Source: Candidatus Dojkabacteria bacterium (GTDB taxonomy: Bacteria > Patescibacteriota > Dojkabacteria > SC72 > JAFGCJ01). From it: DNA of 64,000 bases. The translations under genes and the position numbers were made by a program. Shown here in pieces: positions 10,746 through 20,934 of the stretch (position 1 is its first letter; each line of letters opens with the position of its first letter). The notes under the pieces are model-generated. The model saw only the letters and a program-made list of their open reading frames with translations, was not told the DNA's origin and ran no database searches. The stretch spans positions 408-64,407 of the forward strand of contig JAFGIK010000086.1 in the NCBI GenBank assembly GCA_016929645.1, read 5' to 3'.

Positions 10746-11090
10746 TTAAATATCTATAACCTTTTTATTAAGATTCTTCCCTTTTTCCTCAGGACTATTT
10801 ATCCTTGTTATCAAGTATCTCAAAACCTCTGTAATTCTTGATAATGCAACCTCAATTTCGCTTAAGCCTGAAGATGGAATTTTAAGTTCGTATACAATAT
10901 AATATCCCTCTTCATGCTTCTTTATAGGGTAAGACAAATATCGTTTGCCCCAAACATCTGCACCAACAACATCCCCGCCAAGTTTTTTAACAGCATCTAG
11001 GATTATTGTATGTGCATTTTTTCTAACATCATCTGGAAGAAGTGGCTTAAAAATAACCATCAATTCATATGCCTTCAAATTCTTTTCCAT
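10746..11090 (-). CDS. rpsF: 30S ribosomal protein bS6
   Basis: YELMVIFKP..WGKRYLSYPIKK..EGYY; rpsF-ssb-rpsR order. Confidence 0.96.
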   Translation of the reverse strand: MEKNLKAYELMVIFKPLLPDDVRKNAHTIILDAVKKLGGDVVGADVWGKRYLSYPIKKHEEGYYIVYELKIPSSGLSEIEVALSRITEVLRYLITRINSPEEKGKNLNKKVIDI

Positions 11091-11259
11091 ATTTTATTCT
11101 TTCATATTTTTATCAATTTATGTCACACCAGTATCTGAAAGGCTGCAGAAATAATAACAGAAATGTAATTTTATATCAAGGGAAATGGGATATATTGGCA
11201 CTTTACTGTTAAAAAATTTAACGATCTATTGCGAAAAAAATACCGTATTTCTCTTAATA

Positions 11260-12378
11260 TCATGCAGCACTGTGAATCAGAATATAATCACCATCCTGGA
11301 TAAGGTACTCCTTACCCTCAACCCTCACCAACCCTTTTTCTTTTGCATTATTCCAACCACCAGAATCAATCATATCTTCGACATTAACAACCTCTGCTCT
11401 AATAAAATTTTGTTCAAAATCAGTATGGATTACTCCAGCAGCCTCTTTAATAGTAGCTCCACTGGCGATAGACCATGACCTTGCATCTTTTTCGTTTCCA
11501 GTAAAAAACGATAATAAGTCTAATCTCCTGTACGCTAGCTTAATAATTTCTTCTACCCCTTTGTAATCATCAATCATAGAAAGAAATTCTTTTTTATCAT
11601 CAGCCTGATAGGAATCAAGTTCACCTTCAAGTTTGCAATCTACTGTTAATATAAAATTGCACTCATCCTCAGGTATATTCTTTTTAAGATCACTTATCCA
11701 TTGTTCAAGCTCAGGTTCATTTACTCCGTTTTTTACATTTAGTAAATAAAATGCCTTTTTGTCAGTCAATAGCCAGAGATCTTTAACAAATTCCCGCTCT
11801 TCTTCAGTTAAATCAATTGATACCACAGGAATCTCATTATTTAGACCCACCGAAACTTTTTCGAGCCCGGAAAGTTGAATTTTCAGGTCATCCGTCATTC
11901 CAGATTTTGTCATTTTTCTTATTTCGTTTAGTTTTTTTTCAACAGTCTCCATATCTTTAAACATCAATTCCGATCTTACAATCTTCAAATCATCAACAGG
12001 ATTAATTTTATCGTAAACATGAGTCACATTCTCACTTTTAAATGATCGAAGAACATACATGATAGCGTTCACTTCACGAATATGACCAAGAAATTGATTT
12101 CCAAGCCCTTCCCCTTTTGATGCACCTTTAACGAGTCCTGCAATATCTACAAAGGTCATTGCAGAAGGAATTTTCTCTGCCGAGTTATAAAATGCAGCAA
12201 GCTTTTCGAGTCTTTTGTCAGGAATCTTCACAACCCCAACATTTTTGTCAATCGTACAAAATGGATAATTCTCTGCAGGAACTGCACTTTTGGTCAATGC
12301 ATTAAAAATCGTCGATTTCCCCGAATTTGGCAATCCTACAATCCCAATAGATAAATTGTGAGATCTTGTTACTGACAT
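11260..12378 (-). CDS. ychF: Ribosome-binding ATPase YchF
   Basis: GLPNSGKST, NYPFCTI, DIAGLVKGASKGEGLGNQFL, C-terminal TGS domain. Confidence 0.96.
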   Translation of the reverse strand: MSVTRSHNLSIGIVGLPNSGKSTIFNALTKSAVPAENYPFCTIDKNVGVVKIPDKRLEKLAAFYNSAEKIPSAMTFVDIAGLVKGASKGEGLGNQFLGHIREVNAIMYVLRSFKSENVTHVYDKINPVDDLKIVRSELMFKDMETVEKKLNEIRKMTKSGMTDDLKIQLSGLEKVSVGLNNEIPVVSIDLTEEEREFVKDLWLLTDKKAFYLLNVKNGVNEPELEQWISDLKKNIPEDECNFILTVDCKLEGELDSYQADDKKEFLSMIDDYKGVEEIIKLAYRRLDLLSFFTGNEKDARSWSIASGATIKEAAGVIHTDFEQNFIRAEVVNVEDMIDSGGWNNAKEKGLVRVEGKEYLIQDGDYILIHSAA

Positions 12379-12587
12379 ATATAATATGTATAGATATTAA
12401 TGTATAAAATTTGCTTAATTCATATTAACAGTTAATACAAATTGCCTAATTTTACTATAAAATTAACGTTTACGTAAGAAAGTATACTATTGATGTATCC
12501 TGACTTGTTAAAAATTGTCATTTTTTAGCGAAAATCCTCGTAATATAGGCCGTTTCCTCACATAAATATACACTTATCTGCTAATAT

Positions 12588-14435
12588 ATGTACATGCGAT
12601 TGGAAATCAAAGCTAAAAAGTTACCGCTACAGTTACTAACCTTTGTATTACTGGCTTTATTAATTATCCCTTTATTCAGGACAAAGGCTTATGCATCAGA
12701 TTTTCTTATAACAATAAACAGAACATACACATATGAACCAGAACAAGAACTAATTCATATAGAAGAAACACGAAATATTCAAAGTTTTTCTAACGCATAC
12801 TATATTAAACAAGATTCTACCGAATCCTTTGTTATACAAAACTTCAAAGAGGGTGTTTCTCAAGAGGAACTTGATATAAAAAAGAACTCAATCTCAGTTT
12901 CAAGCCCAACCTACGGTGAACTTAGCCATAAGGTAGAGCAACAAGGAGATGAGCTAATTGTGACGGCAAGATATCCAACTGACGTTACGGCAGACAAATC
13001 TGTAAGTTTCACTCTCGAATACGATTCAAACGAGTTAATTGAAAATATTGGAAAGATTACAAATATTTATATTCCAGGCTTCAAAGAGGATCAAGAAGAT
13101 ATCACCATAAATCCAGAAAACGGTTTATCAACAGAAGTTTCATATAATACAATTTTAAAGATACCCCAAAACGAAGATCTCGTTATACACTCTGCACCAG
13201 AACCAACAAAGATTTACAATGATTCAGGGTTCAAGGTATATGAATATTCGACAGATATCCTAAAAGGAAAATCCGTATGGTATCAAATGGGAAATGAGCA
13301 ACTCTATTTCTTCAAAATAGTACAACCTACAACAAAGACAGACAACTTGACCCCAGAAAATATTAATTTTCTATCAAAAAATGAATATCAAGTTGTACTT
13401 CCCAGAGAATATGAAGAAACAAACCAGAAAGTTTACTTTTCAAAACTAGACCCCTACCCTAATGAAATTTTTACAGATAATGAGGGAAACCTCATTGCTA
13501 AATTCCTTGTCGACGCTAATAAATCTTCACAGATTGTTATTGAAGGTTATATAACGATAAATTTGAATAAAAATAGCGAAGATTACCCCAAAGATGTACC
13601 TTCGAATGTAGATATAAGTGAAATTAATACATTTTCAGATGTAGATAAATATTTACAGCCATCTGAGTACTGGGAAGTAGATAACTCTCAAATACAAGAT
13701 AAAGCTCAGGAACTAAAAGGTGACAAATCAAATATTATGGAAATCTTAAAAGCTGACTATAAATTTATAATTGAATCCATCGACTATGATGATTTTAAAT
13801 TTGGTGACGCAAACACGAGACAAGGAGCTGTCGCTACTCTTAACGGAGGCAATTCAGTATGCATGGAATATTCAGATTTACTTATAGCAATAAGTCGCGC
13901 GCAGGGTATCCCTGCGCGCGCAGCCTACGGTTACGGCTTTGACCCTAAACTTGCTGCAGACAATCAAGAAGAGCACCAATGGGTTCAGGTATGGATCCCA
14001 GACTATGGCTGGCTAACAATTGACCCCACTTGGGGTGAAACCGGACGCGAATTTTTTGGCAAAGACATTGACCATGTCCTATGGTATGTTGCAGCGGAAC
14101 ATCCAAACATCCCAGCTCCTATTGAAGTTTTATCTTCTACTAAAAATGTTAGTATCAAACCAATCCAGATTGAATTTTATGCAGTTGAAGAAATCTCAAA
14201 TCCCAATGATCTCATGGACTTGAATGAATTAAAAAACGAAATTGAAAACTCAAGTACCAATGAGACAACAAAAATCATACAAGTCAGTCCACTTGGAAGA
14301 AGCTTTGCGATAGTAGCACCAAGCTGCATTGGCGGAATTATATTAATCTTATGTTTAAGAATTATTTCAAGATTGATTTCTAGAAAATATGCTAAAAAAA
14401 AGGACTTTGATAATTTGATAAAAAAGAAAACATAA
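12588..14435 (+). CDS. Secreted, membrane-anchored transglutaminase-like protein
   Basis: Signal peptide ending AYA; Cys-His-Asp triad VCMEYS / HQWVQV / IDPTWG; C-terminal TM helix and basic tail. Confidence 0.85.
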   Translation: MYMRLEIKAKKLPLQLLTFVLLALLIIPLFRTKAYASDFLITINRTYTYEPEQELIHIEETRNIQSFSNAYYIKQDSTESFVIQNFKEGVSQEELDIKKNSISVSSPTYGELSHKVEQQGDELIVTARYPTDVTADKSVSFTLEYDSNELIENIGKITNIYIPGFKEDQEDITINPENGLSTEVSYNTILKIPQNEDLVIHSAPEPTKIYNDSGFKVYEYSTDILKGKSVWYQMGNEQLYFFKIVQPTTKTDNLTPENINFLSKNEYQVVLPREYEETNQKVYFSKLDPYPNEIFTDNEGNLIAKFLVDANKSSQIVIEGYITINLNKNSEDYPKDVPSNVDISEINTFSDVDKYLQPSEYWEVDNSQIQDKAQELKGDKSNIMEILKADYKFIIESIDYDDFKFGDANTRQGAVATLNGGNSVCMEYSDLLIAISRAQGIPARAAYGYGFDPKLAADNQEEHQWVQVWIPDYGWLTIDPTWGETGREFFGKDIDHVLWYVAAEHPNIPAPIEVLSSTKNVSIKPIQIEFYAVEEISNPNDLMDLNELKNEIENSSTNETTKIIQVSPLGRSFAIVAPSCIGGIILILCLRIISRLISRKYAKKKDFDNLIKKKT

Positions 14436-14555
14436 TTGAGATACAACACAAACAAAATAACGCATACAGCAAACGAAGTGATATACAATCAACAAATGTT
14501 GGTTTACAGATAATTTCCAAAATGGTACTATACAGAAATTTCAAAAAATCTATCA

Positions 14556-16247
14556 ATGGATAAATTTCTCAAAATTTTAAAAAAACTTCAGAACTTAACA
14601 CAAAAACATTTCACTGATAAACCATATCTATTACCTCTTTCAATTTCATTGTTAGTATTAATAATCGGCCTATTGATTTTCAGGGACTATGGAATGCCCT
14701 GGGATGAAGGATATTGTATTAATAGAGGTGCACTAAATCTGAAATATGCCCTTTTTGGCGATATGACATTGCTTAACTTTAAAGGAAGATATCATGGGCC
14801 ATTTTTAGAAATGGTATTCCATGTCATTTACAGATTTCTTGGTGCAGAAGATATACGAATGATCTTATACGTCAGACATTTACTCTTATTTGCATTATTT
14901 TGTGCCAGTGCATACTTTATTTATCAAATAACATTCAAAATAACACAAAAGAAAAATACATCCCTATTATCAATGTTTATATATATCCTAAGTCCGCGAA
15001 TATTTGCGGAGGCTTTCTATAATTCAAAAGATATAGGATTCATGATATTTCTCGTTTTTGGTATTGCTAGCTTATTTTATGCAATTGATTCGACCCCTCA
15101 AAAGCAACGACTAAACCTGATAATTGTAGGGATCCTTTCTGGAATAGTAATGAGCATCAGAATTCAGGGAGCATTATTAATAGGATTCACATATATTTTC
15201 ATCATAATCCAATTTTTAAGAAAAGATCAGAACAAAATAAAAATATTTATTAATGGATTAACATATACAATTGTATGGATGTTATGTATGTATACAGTAA
15301 CACCGTTACTCTGGGGACATCCAATAAATAACACAATAGACATGTTTAACACTATGAAAAGTTATCCTTGGTATGGAAATATGTTGTATTTGAATCATCT
15401 ATACAAGTCAACAGATCTACCATGGCACTATTTACCCATGTGGATATTTGCCACTACACCAATACTATATAGCATCGGTGTAATTTTTGGATCAATAAGC
15501 TTAACTGTAACCTCAATTAGAAAAGATTTAAAAAAGATCTTTGCTGATAATTCATTTATAAAAAAACTAATTGTGATTTTATGGTTATTCATGCCACCAA
15601 TTCTAATACTTGCGATGAAAGTTGTAATATACGATGGATGGAGACATATGTACTTCATATACCCTGCTTTTGCAATAATCTCAGCTATCGGATTGGCCAC
15701 AATATATAGAAATATTCAAAAAAAATTAGCAGTAGAATCCAGGAAAGTATCCTCTATTATAATGAAAGCTTCATTATTTATATCGTTCATATTAACAATA
15801 TCGTTCATATTAACAATATCGTTCATGGTTATTAATCACCCATTTGAAAACGTCTACTTCAATCCGATTTTCAGCTATAACATGCAGGAGAATGCGAAAA
15901 AGAATTTTGAACTCGATTACTGGGGATTATCTTATTACCAGGCACTTCAATATATTGTAGAACATGATAATTCAGACGAGATAAGAATTATTGGTACGAA
16001 TCCGCCAATGATTAACAATTTTAACATGATAGATTTCAACAACAGACAAAGATTGATCAACGAAACAGATGTTCACAATGCTGATTACTTTATAGGTATG
16101 TACAGAGCTATGGAAAACGAAGAATATGACCTTGGAAGGATTCCTCACGAAGAGTTTTACAGCATAAAGGTTGGAAATGCCAAGATAATAGTCATATACA
16201 AACTAGATAACGATCAATATAATGATCGTATCAAACAAGGCAAGTAG
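14556..16247 (+). CDS. GT-C superfamily (ArnT/PMT-like) integral membrane glycosyltransferase
   Basis: WDE in first external loop, many TM helices, YNSKD, PWHYLP, YDGWRH, DYWG motifs. Confidence 0.75.
   Translation: MDKFLKILKKLQNLTQKHFTDKPYLLPLSISLLVLIIGLLIFRDYGMPWDEGYCINRGALNLKYALFGDMTLLNFKGRYHGPFLEMVFHVIYRFLGAEDIRMILYVRHLLLFALFCASAYFIYQITFKITQKKNTSLLSMFIYILSPRIFAEAFYNSKDIGFMIFLVFGIASLFYAIDSTPQKQRLNLIIVGILSGIVMSIRIQGALLIGFTYIFIIIQFLRKDQNKIKIFINGLTYTIVWMLCMYTVTPLLWGHPINNTIDMFNTMKSYPWYGNMLYLNHLYKSTDLPWHYLPMWIFATTPILYSIGVIFGSISLTVTSIRKDLKKIFADNSFIKKLIVILWLFMPPILILAMKVVIYDGWRHMYFIYPAFAIISAIGLATIYRNIQKKLAVESRKVSSIIMKASLFISFILTISFILTISFMVINHPFENVYFNPIFSYNMQENAKKNFELDYWGLSYYQALQYIVEHDNSDEIRIIGTNPPMINNFNMIDFNNRQRLINETDVHNADYFIGMYRAMENEEYDLGRIPHEEFYSIKVGNAKIIVIYKLDNDQYNDRIKQGK
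15780..15826 (+). repeat. In-frame 18-bp tandem repeat ATATCGTTCATATTAACA, two full copies plus a partial third (ISFILT-ISFILT-ISF)
   Basis: Read directly. Confidence 0.9.
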
Positions 16248-16265
16248 ATCCCTAAGACATATAAA

Positions 16266-17780
16266 TTACTCAATCTCAATAAACTCGCCTTCCTTTTTCA
16301 AAACCTCTGTACCAATATCCAAACGCTCTTTGCCTGTTGCATATAATGTAACAATTGTTTCCCCAGTTTTCACAGTTTGGCCACGAAGTTTATGAAAATA
16401 TAGCCCTGCCTCCTTGATAAACGGAGCACCAAGTGCACGAGCAATGTTCACAACCTGTTTATTCCCAATTCGAGAAATCACTCCGTTTTTCGTAGCCTTC
16501 ACATCATAGGTATACTTCGCAAGAATAAGCTCATCCGATTTTACTTTTTTAGTTGCTCCCTGAGCAAAAGCGATACTCCAGAATTTTTCTGCGGCTTCCC
16601 CACTTTCAAGTTTGGCACGAGCAAGTTTCTCTCCTTCTCCAGGAGCACAAACTTCGCTAAGTTCTAGTAACCTACCAGCCATCTCAATAGCAACTCCTTC
16701 AAGAACCATTGGTCTCAAAGGATCTCTTTCAAAAATTCTCAATAAATCACGCATTTCTAAAAGTGGCCCTACCCCATATCCATCAGGACCTAAAGACTCA
16801 CGAGTAAATACATCTACTTTGATATTGAATTTCTGACATAACTTTTGAAAACTTTGCGTCACTAATTCAGCTTCCTCTCTGCTATGAAGCTTTGCTCCAT
16901 CTCCATACGGAATGTCAATTAACAAATGAGTAATTTTCATAGCTAGTTTTTTGGCAATTATACTGACTAGGAATTTATCATTTGATTCAATATTCAACGG
17001 ACGTTCAAGATTAATCAGAATGTCATCTGCAGGAGCAAGATCAAAACCACCACCCCAGACAAGACACGCTCTCTCTTTTTTCATAACTTCATATATTTTT
17101 TCCTTAGTCAAAGCAACCGGCATTACAACCTCCAACATATCAGAGGTGCCTGCAGGAGTTGTAATTGCACGTGAAGCAGTATTCGGCACAACAACATCAT
17201 CGAAAAGTGCAACTATTGGCACCAAAATCGGAGTTACACCTTTAGAAGGAATACCACCAATTGAGTGTTTATCAATTATCTTTCGATCAGGCTTTCCTTC
17301 GCTAAAATCCATAATATCTCCAGTTTCTGCCATAGATTTTGTCATATAATACACTTCCTCTTCATCAAATCCTGGATTAAAAGAAGTTGCAGCAAAATAT
17401 GTCATCATTACCGTACTCAACCTCCTGTTAGAGATGTCATCCATTATTTCATGAATCTCTTCGTAGGTAAGTTTTTGTCCTTTTATCTTCTTTCTTATAT
17501 ATGCTTCAGATTTTGGTGGCTCAGGTATTGTAATACTGCACAAATCATCTGCTGGAATATTATACTTATCCCAAACTTCATTAAACATTCCAATTTCACC
17601 AGAATTTACAAGACTATCACTGATATCAACACTTACATAAAGACAAACATCTTTCCAACATAAATAAACTTTATGTCCATTTGGAATTGCAAATTCAGCA
17701 GAATCCTTAGAATTAAGAACAACAACAAGTGGATCACCAGCAGAAACATCTAGTTTTTTCGACTTAAGATAGAAAGCCAT
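16266..17780 (-). CDS. deoA: AMP phosphorylase (thymidine phosphorylase family, archaeal-type with extra N-terminal domain)
   Basis: DKHSIGGIP, SRAITTPAGTSD, ARALGAP; ~500 aa; adjacent to RubisCO and R15P isomerase. Confidence 0.92.
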   Translation of the reverse strand: MAFYLKSKKLDVSAGDPLVVVLNSKDSAEFAIPNGHKVYLCWKDVCLYVSVDISDSLVNSGEIGMFNEVWDKYNIPADDLCSITIPEPPKSEAYIRKKIKGQKLTYEEIHEIMDDISNRRLSTVMMTYFAATSFNPGFDEEEVYYMTKSMAETGDIMDFSEGKPDRKIIDKHSIGGIPSKGVTPILVPIVALFDDVVVPNTASRAITTPAGTSDMLEVVMPVALTKEKIYEVMKKERACLVWGGGFDLAPADDILINLERPLNIESNDKFLVSIIAKKLAMKITHLLIDIPYGDGAKLHSREEAELVTQSFQKLCQKFNIKVDVFTRESLGPDGYGVGPLLEMRDLLRIFERDPLRPMVLEGVAIEMAGRLLELSEVCAPGEGEKLARAKLESGEAAEKFWSIAFAQGATKKVKSDELILAKYTYDVKATKNGVISRIGNKQVVNIARALGAPFIKEAGLYFHKLRGQTVKTGETIVTLYATGKERLDIGTEVLKKEGEFIEIE

Positions 17781-17830
17781 TTAGACTTTATTAAAAAATT
17801 ATTAACTTGAATCATCAAGAAAATCAAATA

Positions 17831-19144
17831 CTACATCAGACCCTCTGTCAATCCATACGTATAGGTAATTAATGAGTTATTTTTAGGAACCAACAACGAT
17901 TCATCTTTGTATACACCCCACTTATCAATTGCCCGTTGTAGTTCTTTATGATCTTTAGCATATTCGTTCAAATCAATTTTGGCAATAGAGGCATCAACAG
18001 CCTGAGATGCTGCAATCGCTCCACTCTTTGTACCATCTGGATGACCATGAATACCGCCACCGAGATTAATAATGACATCATTGCCAATCAATTCAATCAT
18101 CTTTTGCAATAATCCAGGATGTACACCACCAGAAGCAATTGGCATAGTCTTCTTTAAATTACCCCATTCACATCTCATTGCATTATTAATTGCAGAGACT
18201 TCCTCTTCTCCACCATGCATTTTTCCAATAATTGTCCCTGTATGTAGCTGATCTATACCACAAATCCTTGCAGTTTTAGCTATTGGCAACATTGCTATAC
18301 CATGTTTGGTTGAGTGGGTAAATGCTCCATGCATCGCACGATGTCCATGAAGAACCAATCCTGTATTTTGATCACGAATATATTGTACCCCAGCAAAACC
18401 GACAGTCAGAATATCCATCATAACAGCAATGCCACCCTGAGCTTTAACAAATTCAGCTCGCTTAAGCATGTCTGATGCCTGTGCACTAATATTTGGTACA
18501 TACATCTTCTTTTCACCAGTGATATCTTCAGCTTTTCGAAGCATAGCAAGAGTCTTAACTACACGCTCCTCAAATGGATTGAATGATTGATTGGAGAGAT
18601 TTTCATCATCCTTAACAACCTGAACTCCACCAACCCATGCATCAAATGCTACAGAGGCATGTCTATCAGCATCTAATCCAACCTTTGGTTTAATTATTGT
18701 CCCAAGAAGTGGTCGTTCAGGAATTCCTAATAACTTTCTGATACCACTAATACCAAATGCTGGTCCATCAAATGTCCTAAGATAAGCCTTAGGAAATATA
18801 ATATCTCTAACCCGCAAGTTGATTATTTCATTCATACCAAACACATTACCAGCAACATCAGACAATAACTGTGGTATATTTTCAGCTTCAAATAAACCTA
18901 AGGGGTAGGCAATCTTAACAATATGCTCTTCTTCATTAGCATAAAAAATTCTCGCGCCCAAACGTGTCATTATATCAGCATCCATCGTGGATAAATCAGT
19001 CCATGTACCAATAGATGATTCTGCTGCCAAAGCCTCAGCAACCTCAAGGATACTTTTGTCAGATTCTACATAAAACTCAGTAATTATATATTTATCAACA
19101 TCTATGTTTTCTCCAAGATGCAGATAACTTTGTTTTCCGTACAT
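17831..19144 (-). CDS. rbcL: RubisCO large subunit, form III / III-like
   Basis: AAESSIGTW, GNVFGM, TIIKPK, VKDDENL carbamylation motif (18602-18613), HGHRAMH, HTGTIIGKM loop 6, ASGG, GGGIHGHP; no small subunit gene nearby. Confidence 0.95.
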   Translation of the reverse strand: MYGKQSYLHLGENIDVDKYIITEFYVESDKSILEVAEALAAESSIGTWTDLSTMDADIMTRLGARIFYANEEEHIVKIAYPLGLFEAENIPQLLSDVAGNVFGMNEIINLRVRDIIFPKAYLRTFDGPAFGISGIRKLLGIPERPLLGTIIKPKVGLDADRHASVAFDAWVGGVQVVKDDENLSNQSFNPFEERVVKTLAMLRKAEDITGEKKMYVPNISAQASDMLKRAEFVKAQGGIAVMMDILTVGFAGVQYIRDQNTGLVLHGHRAMHGAFTHSTKHGIAMLPIAKTARICGIDQLHTGTIIGKMHGGEEEVSAINNAMRCEWGNLKKTMPIASGGVHPGLLQKMIELIGNDVIINLGGGIHGHPDGTKSGAIAASQAVDASIAKIDLNEYAKDHKELQRAIDKWGVYKDESLLVPKNNSLITYTYGLTEGLM

Positions 19145-19213
19145 AAGTTTTTTAATTAGAATTTAATTAATTAATCACATATAATTCTTAACTTTCCGAA
19201 ATACTACAAAAAA

Positions 19214-20209
19214 TTACCACATCCATTCATAATACTTGTTCATAGTCTCTTCGAGATCCTCAGGTTTGATAATTCCAAACTCGGTTACAAAACCAGTAAC
19301 AAATTGATGAGGAACAACCTCGAAAGCAGGATTAACAACAAGAACTTTTTCCGGTGCCTCGTCCCAAACCTCTTTAGGATCCCTCATTTCAATTTTCGGC
19401 TTAAGATATATGCTAGAAGGCTCCATCTTAAGAAGAGAGCCTACAACATATAATGGTTTACTAGCAAAATGACATGCAAGACCAATTCCAAAGCTACCTA
19501 CTTTATTTATTAAACTTCCATCAAAGTTTATTTGATCACATCCAATAAACACGGCATCCACAGGAATATCCCAGTCACCCCACTTACCCATAATATCACT
19601 TGCTTTCCATTCACCAGAGATAAATGACTCAACAGCACCATCTGCGATTAGTAATACCTCAATACCAGCCTTTGCAAGATTCGAAGCCGTAATTCTGCCT
19701 TGATAACGAGGACGAGTTTCTGTAGCAACAATAGAAAACCACTCCTTTTCCTTTTTCATTGAAACAATACCTTTAATCATATTCTCTACGGTTGAGGAAT
19801 GACAATGGGTAACTATACCATTAATATTATGGAAATTTTCAACACCAACCTTCACGATCTGAGCCTTAGTACTATCAAGTATTTTGATGAAATCATCCAT
19901 TACTACTGCAAGCTTTTCACAAGCAGTATCAATATCTTTTATTTCCGGGAATTTTATTTTATATGTATTCATTAAATATTTGAGACCATTTCTTGCTAAT
20001 GGCTCATTTGGTCTTGCATTAACTAACGACAAACCAACTTTTTCTACATCAGATATAAATACATCATAGTTTTTTCCCTTATGATTTAAAGAATCTTTCA
20101 AATAAATTTTAATTCCATCAAAACAAGCTTCTGCAACAGCAGTAGCACCTTGAATCTTCAGAGATTCAATATCACTAATAATTTGTTTTATATTAGAAGG
20201 AACTTCCAT
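19214..20209 (-). CDS. Ribose-1,5-bisphosphate isomerase (eIF-2B alpha/beta/delta family)
   Basis: IQGATAVA, RPNEP, THCHSSTV (catalytic Cys), ETRPRYQG, GCD, INKVGS, NPAFE; operon context. Confidence 0.9.
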   Translation of the reverse strand: MEVPSNIKQIISDIESLKIQGATAVAEACFDGIKIYLKDSLNHKGKNYDVFISDVEKVGLSLVNARPNEPLARNGLKYLMNTYKIKFPEIKDIDTACEKLAVVMDDFIKILDSTKAQIVKVGVENFHNINGIVTHCHSSTVENMIKGIVSMKKEKEWFSIVATETRPRYQGRITASNLAKAGIEVLLIADGAVESFISGEWKASDIMGKWGDWDIPVDAVFIGCDQINFDGSLINKVGSFGIGLACHFASKPLYVVGSLLKMEPSSIYLKPKIEMRDPKEVWDEAPEKVLVVNPAFEVVPHQFVTGFVTEFGIIKPEDLEETMNKYYEWMW

Positions 20210-20226
20210 ATTAATTAATCGATAAA

Positions 20227-20934
20227 TTATTTACGAAGTAATTCATTACATATACGATAATCATCTATTACCAGATCTGCACTATTTACAACCGTTTCAT
20301 TCCAATTTTCGTTTGATATTCCGACACAAAAAAGACCAGCATCTTTTGCTGCTTCGATCCCAAACATAGAATCCTCAAATACTATACTATCAGTTCTTGA
20401 AGCCCGAAGTCTACTGACAATAGTTACATAAATTTCTCCGTCAGGTTTGCCTAACCTTACGTCTTCTGCCGTTATGACAAGATCGAAAAGACTAGTAATA
20501 TTCAAACGTTTCAAAATCATGTCCGTAAAAATTTTCCTGGTAGAAGTTCCAAGAGCAATATACTTACCATTTACTTTAAGTGTATTTAGGAATTCGGACG
20601 CACCTTCAATCATGGACACCATTGAATCAAAATTATTATCCAAATTGTACTTCTTAATTTTTAAAAATTCATTACTAAGTTTTTCCGGACTGACCATTTG
20701 GTCATTTATATCATTATTTTCCAGAAAGGAACGAAAGCCATCAACGCTTCTTCTGCCTGCAAATAGATCAATATAATCCTTGATGTTTATATTAACAGAT
20801 AAAGGTTTTAGAACTTCACGAAAAGTCTCAAAGTTCAATTTCTCTAAATCCACAAGTGTCCCATCAAGATCAAATATGAAGAACTTTTTATTTTTCAAAA
20901 GATTTTTAAGCAAATTTTCATCCAATTTCATCAT
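20227..20934 (-). CDS. HAD-superfamily IA phosphatase (CbbY/beta-phosphoglucomutase-like)
   Basis: FDLDGTLVD (DxD), GTS, GKPDGEIY, FEDSMFGIEAA; ATG overlaps the upstream TGA (TGATG). Confidence 0.88.
   Translation of the reverse strand: MMKLDENLLKNLLKNKKFFIFDLDGTLVDLEKLNFETFREVLKPLSVNINIKDYIDLFAGRRSVDGFRSFLENNDINDQMVSPEKLSNEFLKIKKYNLDNNFDSMVSMIEGASEFLNTLKVNGKYIALGTSTRKIFTDMILKRLNITSLFDLVITAEDVRLGKPDGEIYVTIVSRLRASRTDSIVFEDSMFGIEAAKDAGLFCVGISNENWNETVVNSADLVIDDYRICNELLRK

Noticed and set aside
17831-19144. Calvin cycle autotrophy
   Set aside because: No phosphoribulokinase or small subunit in the window; the neighbours define the nucleoside salvage route
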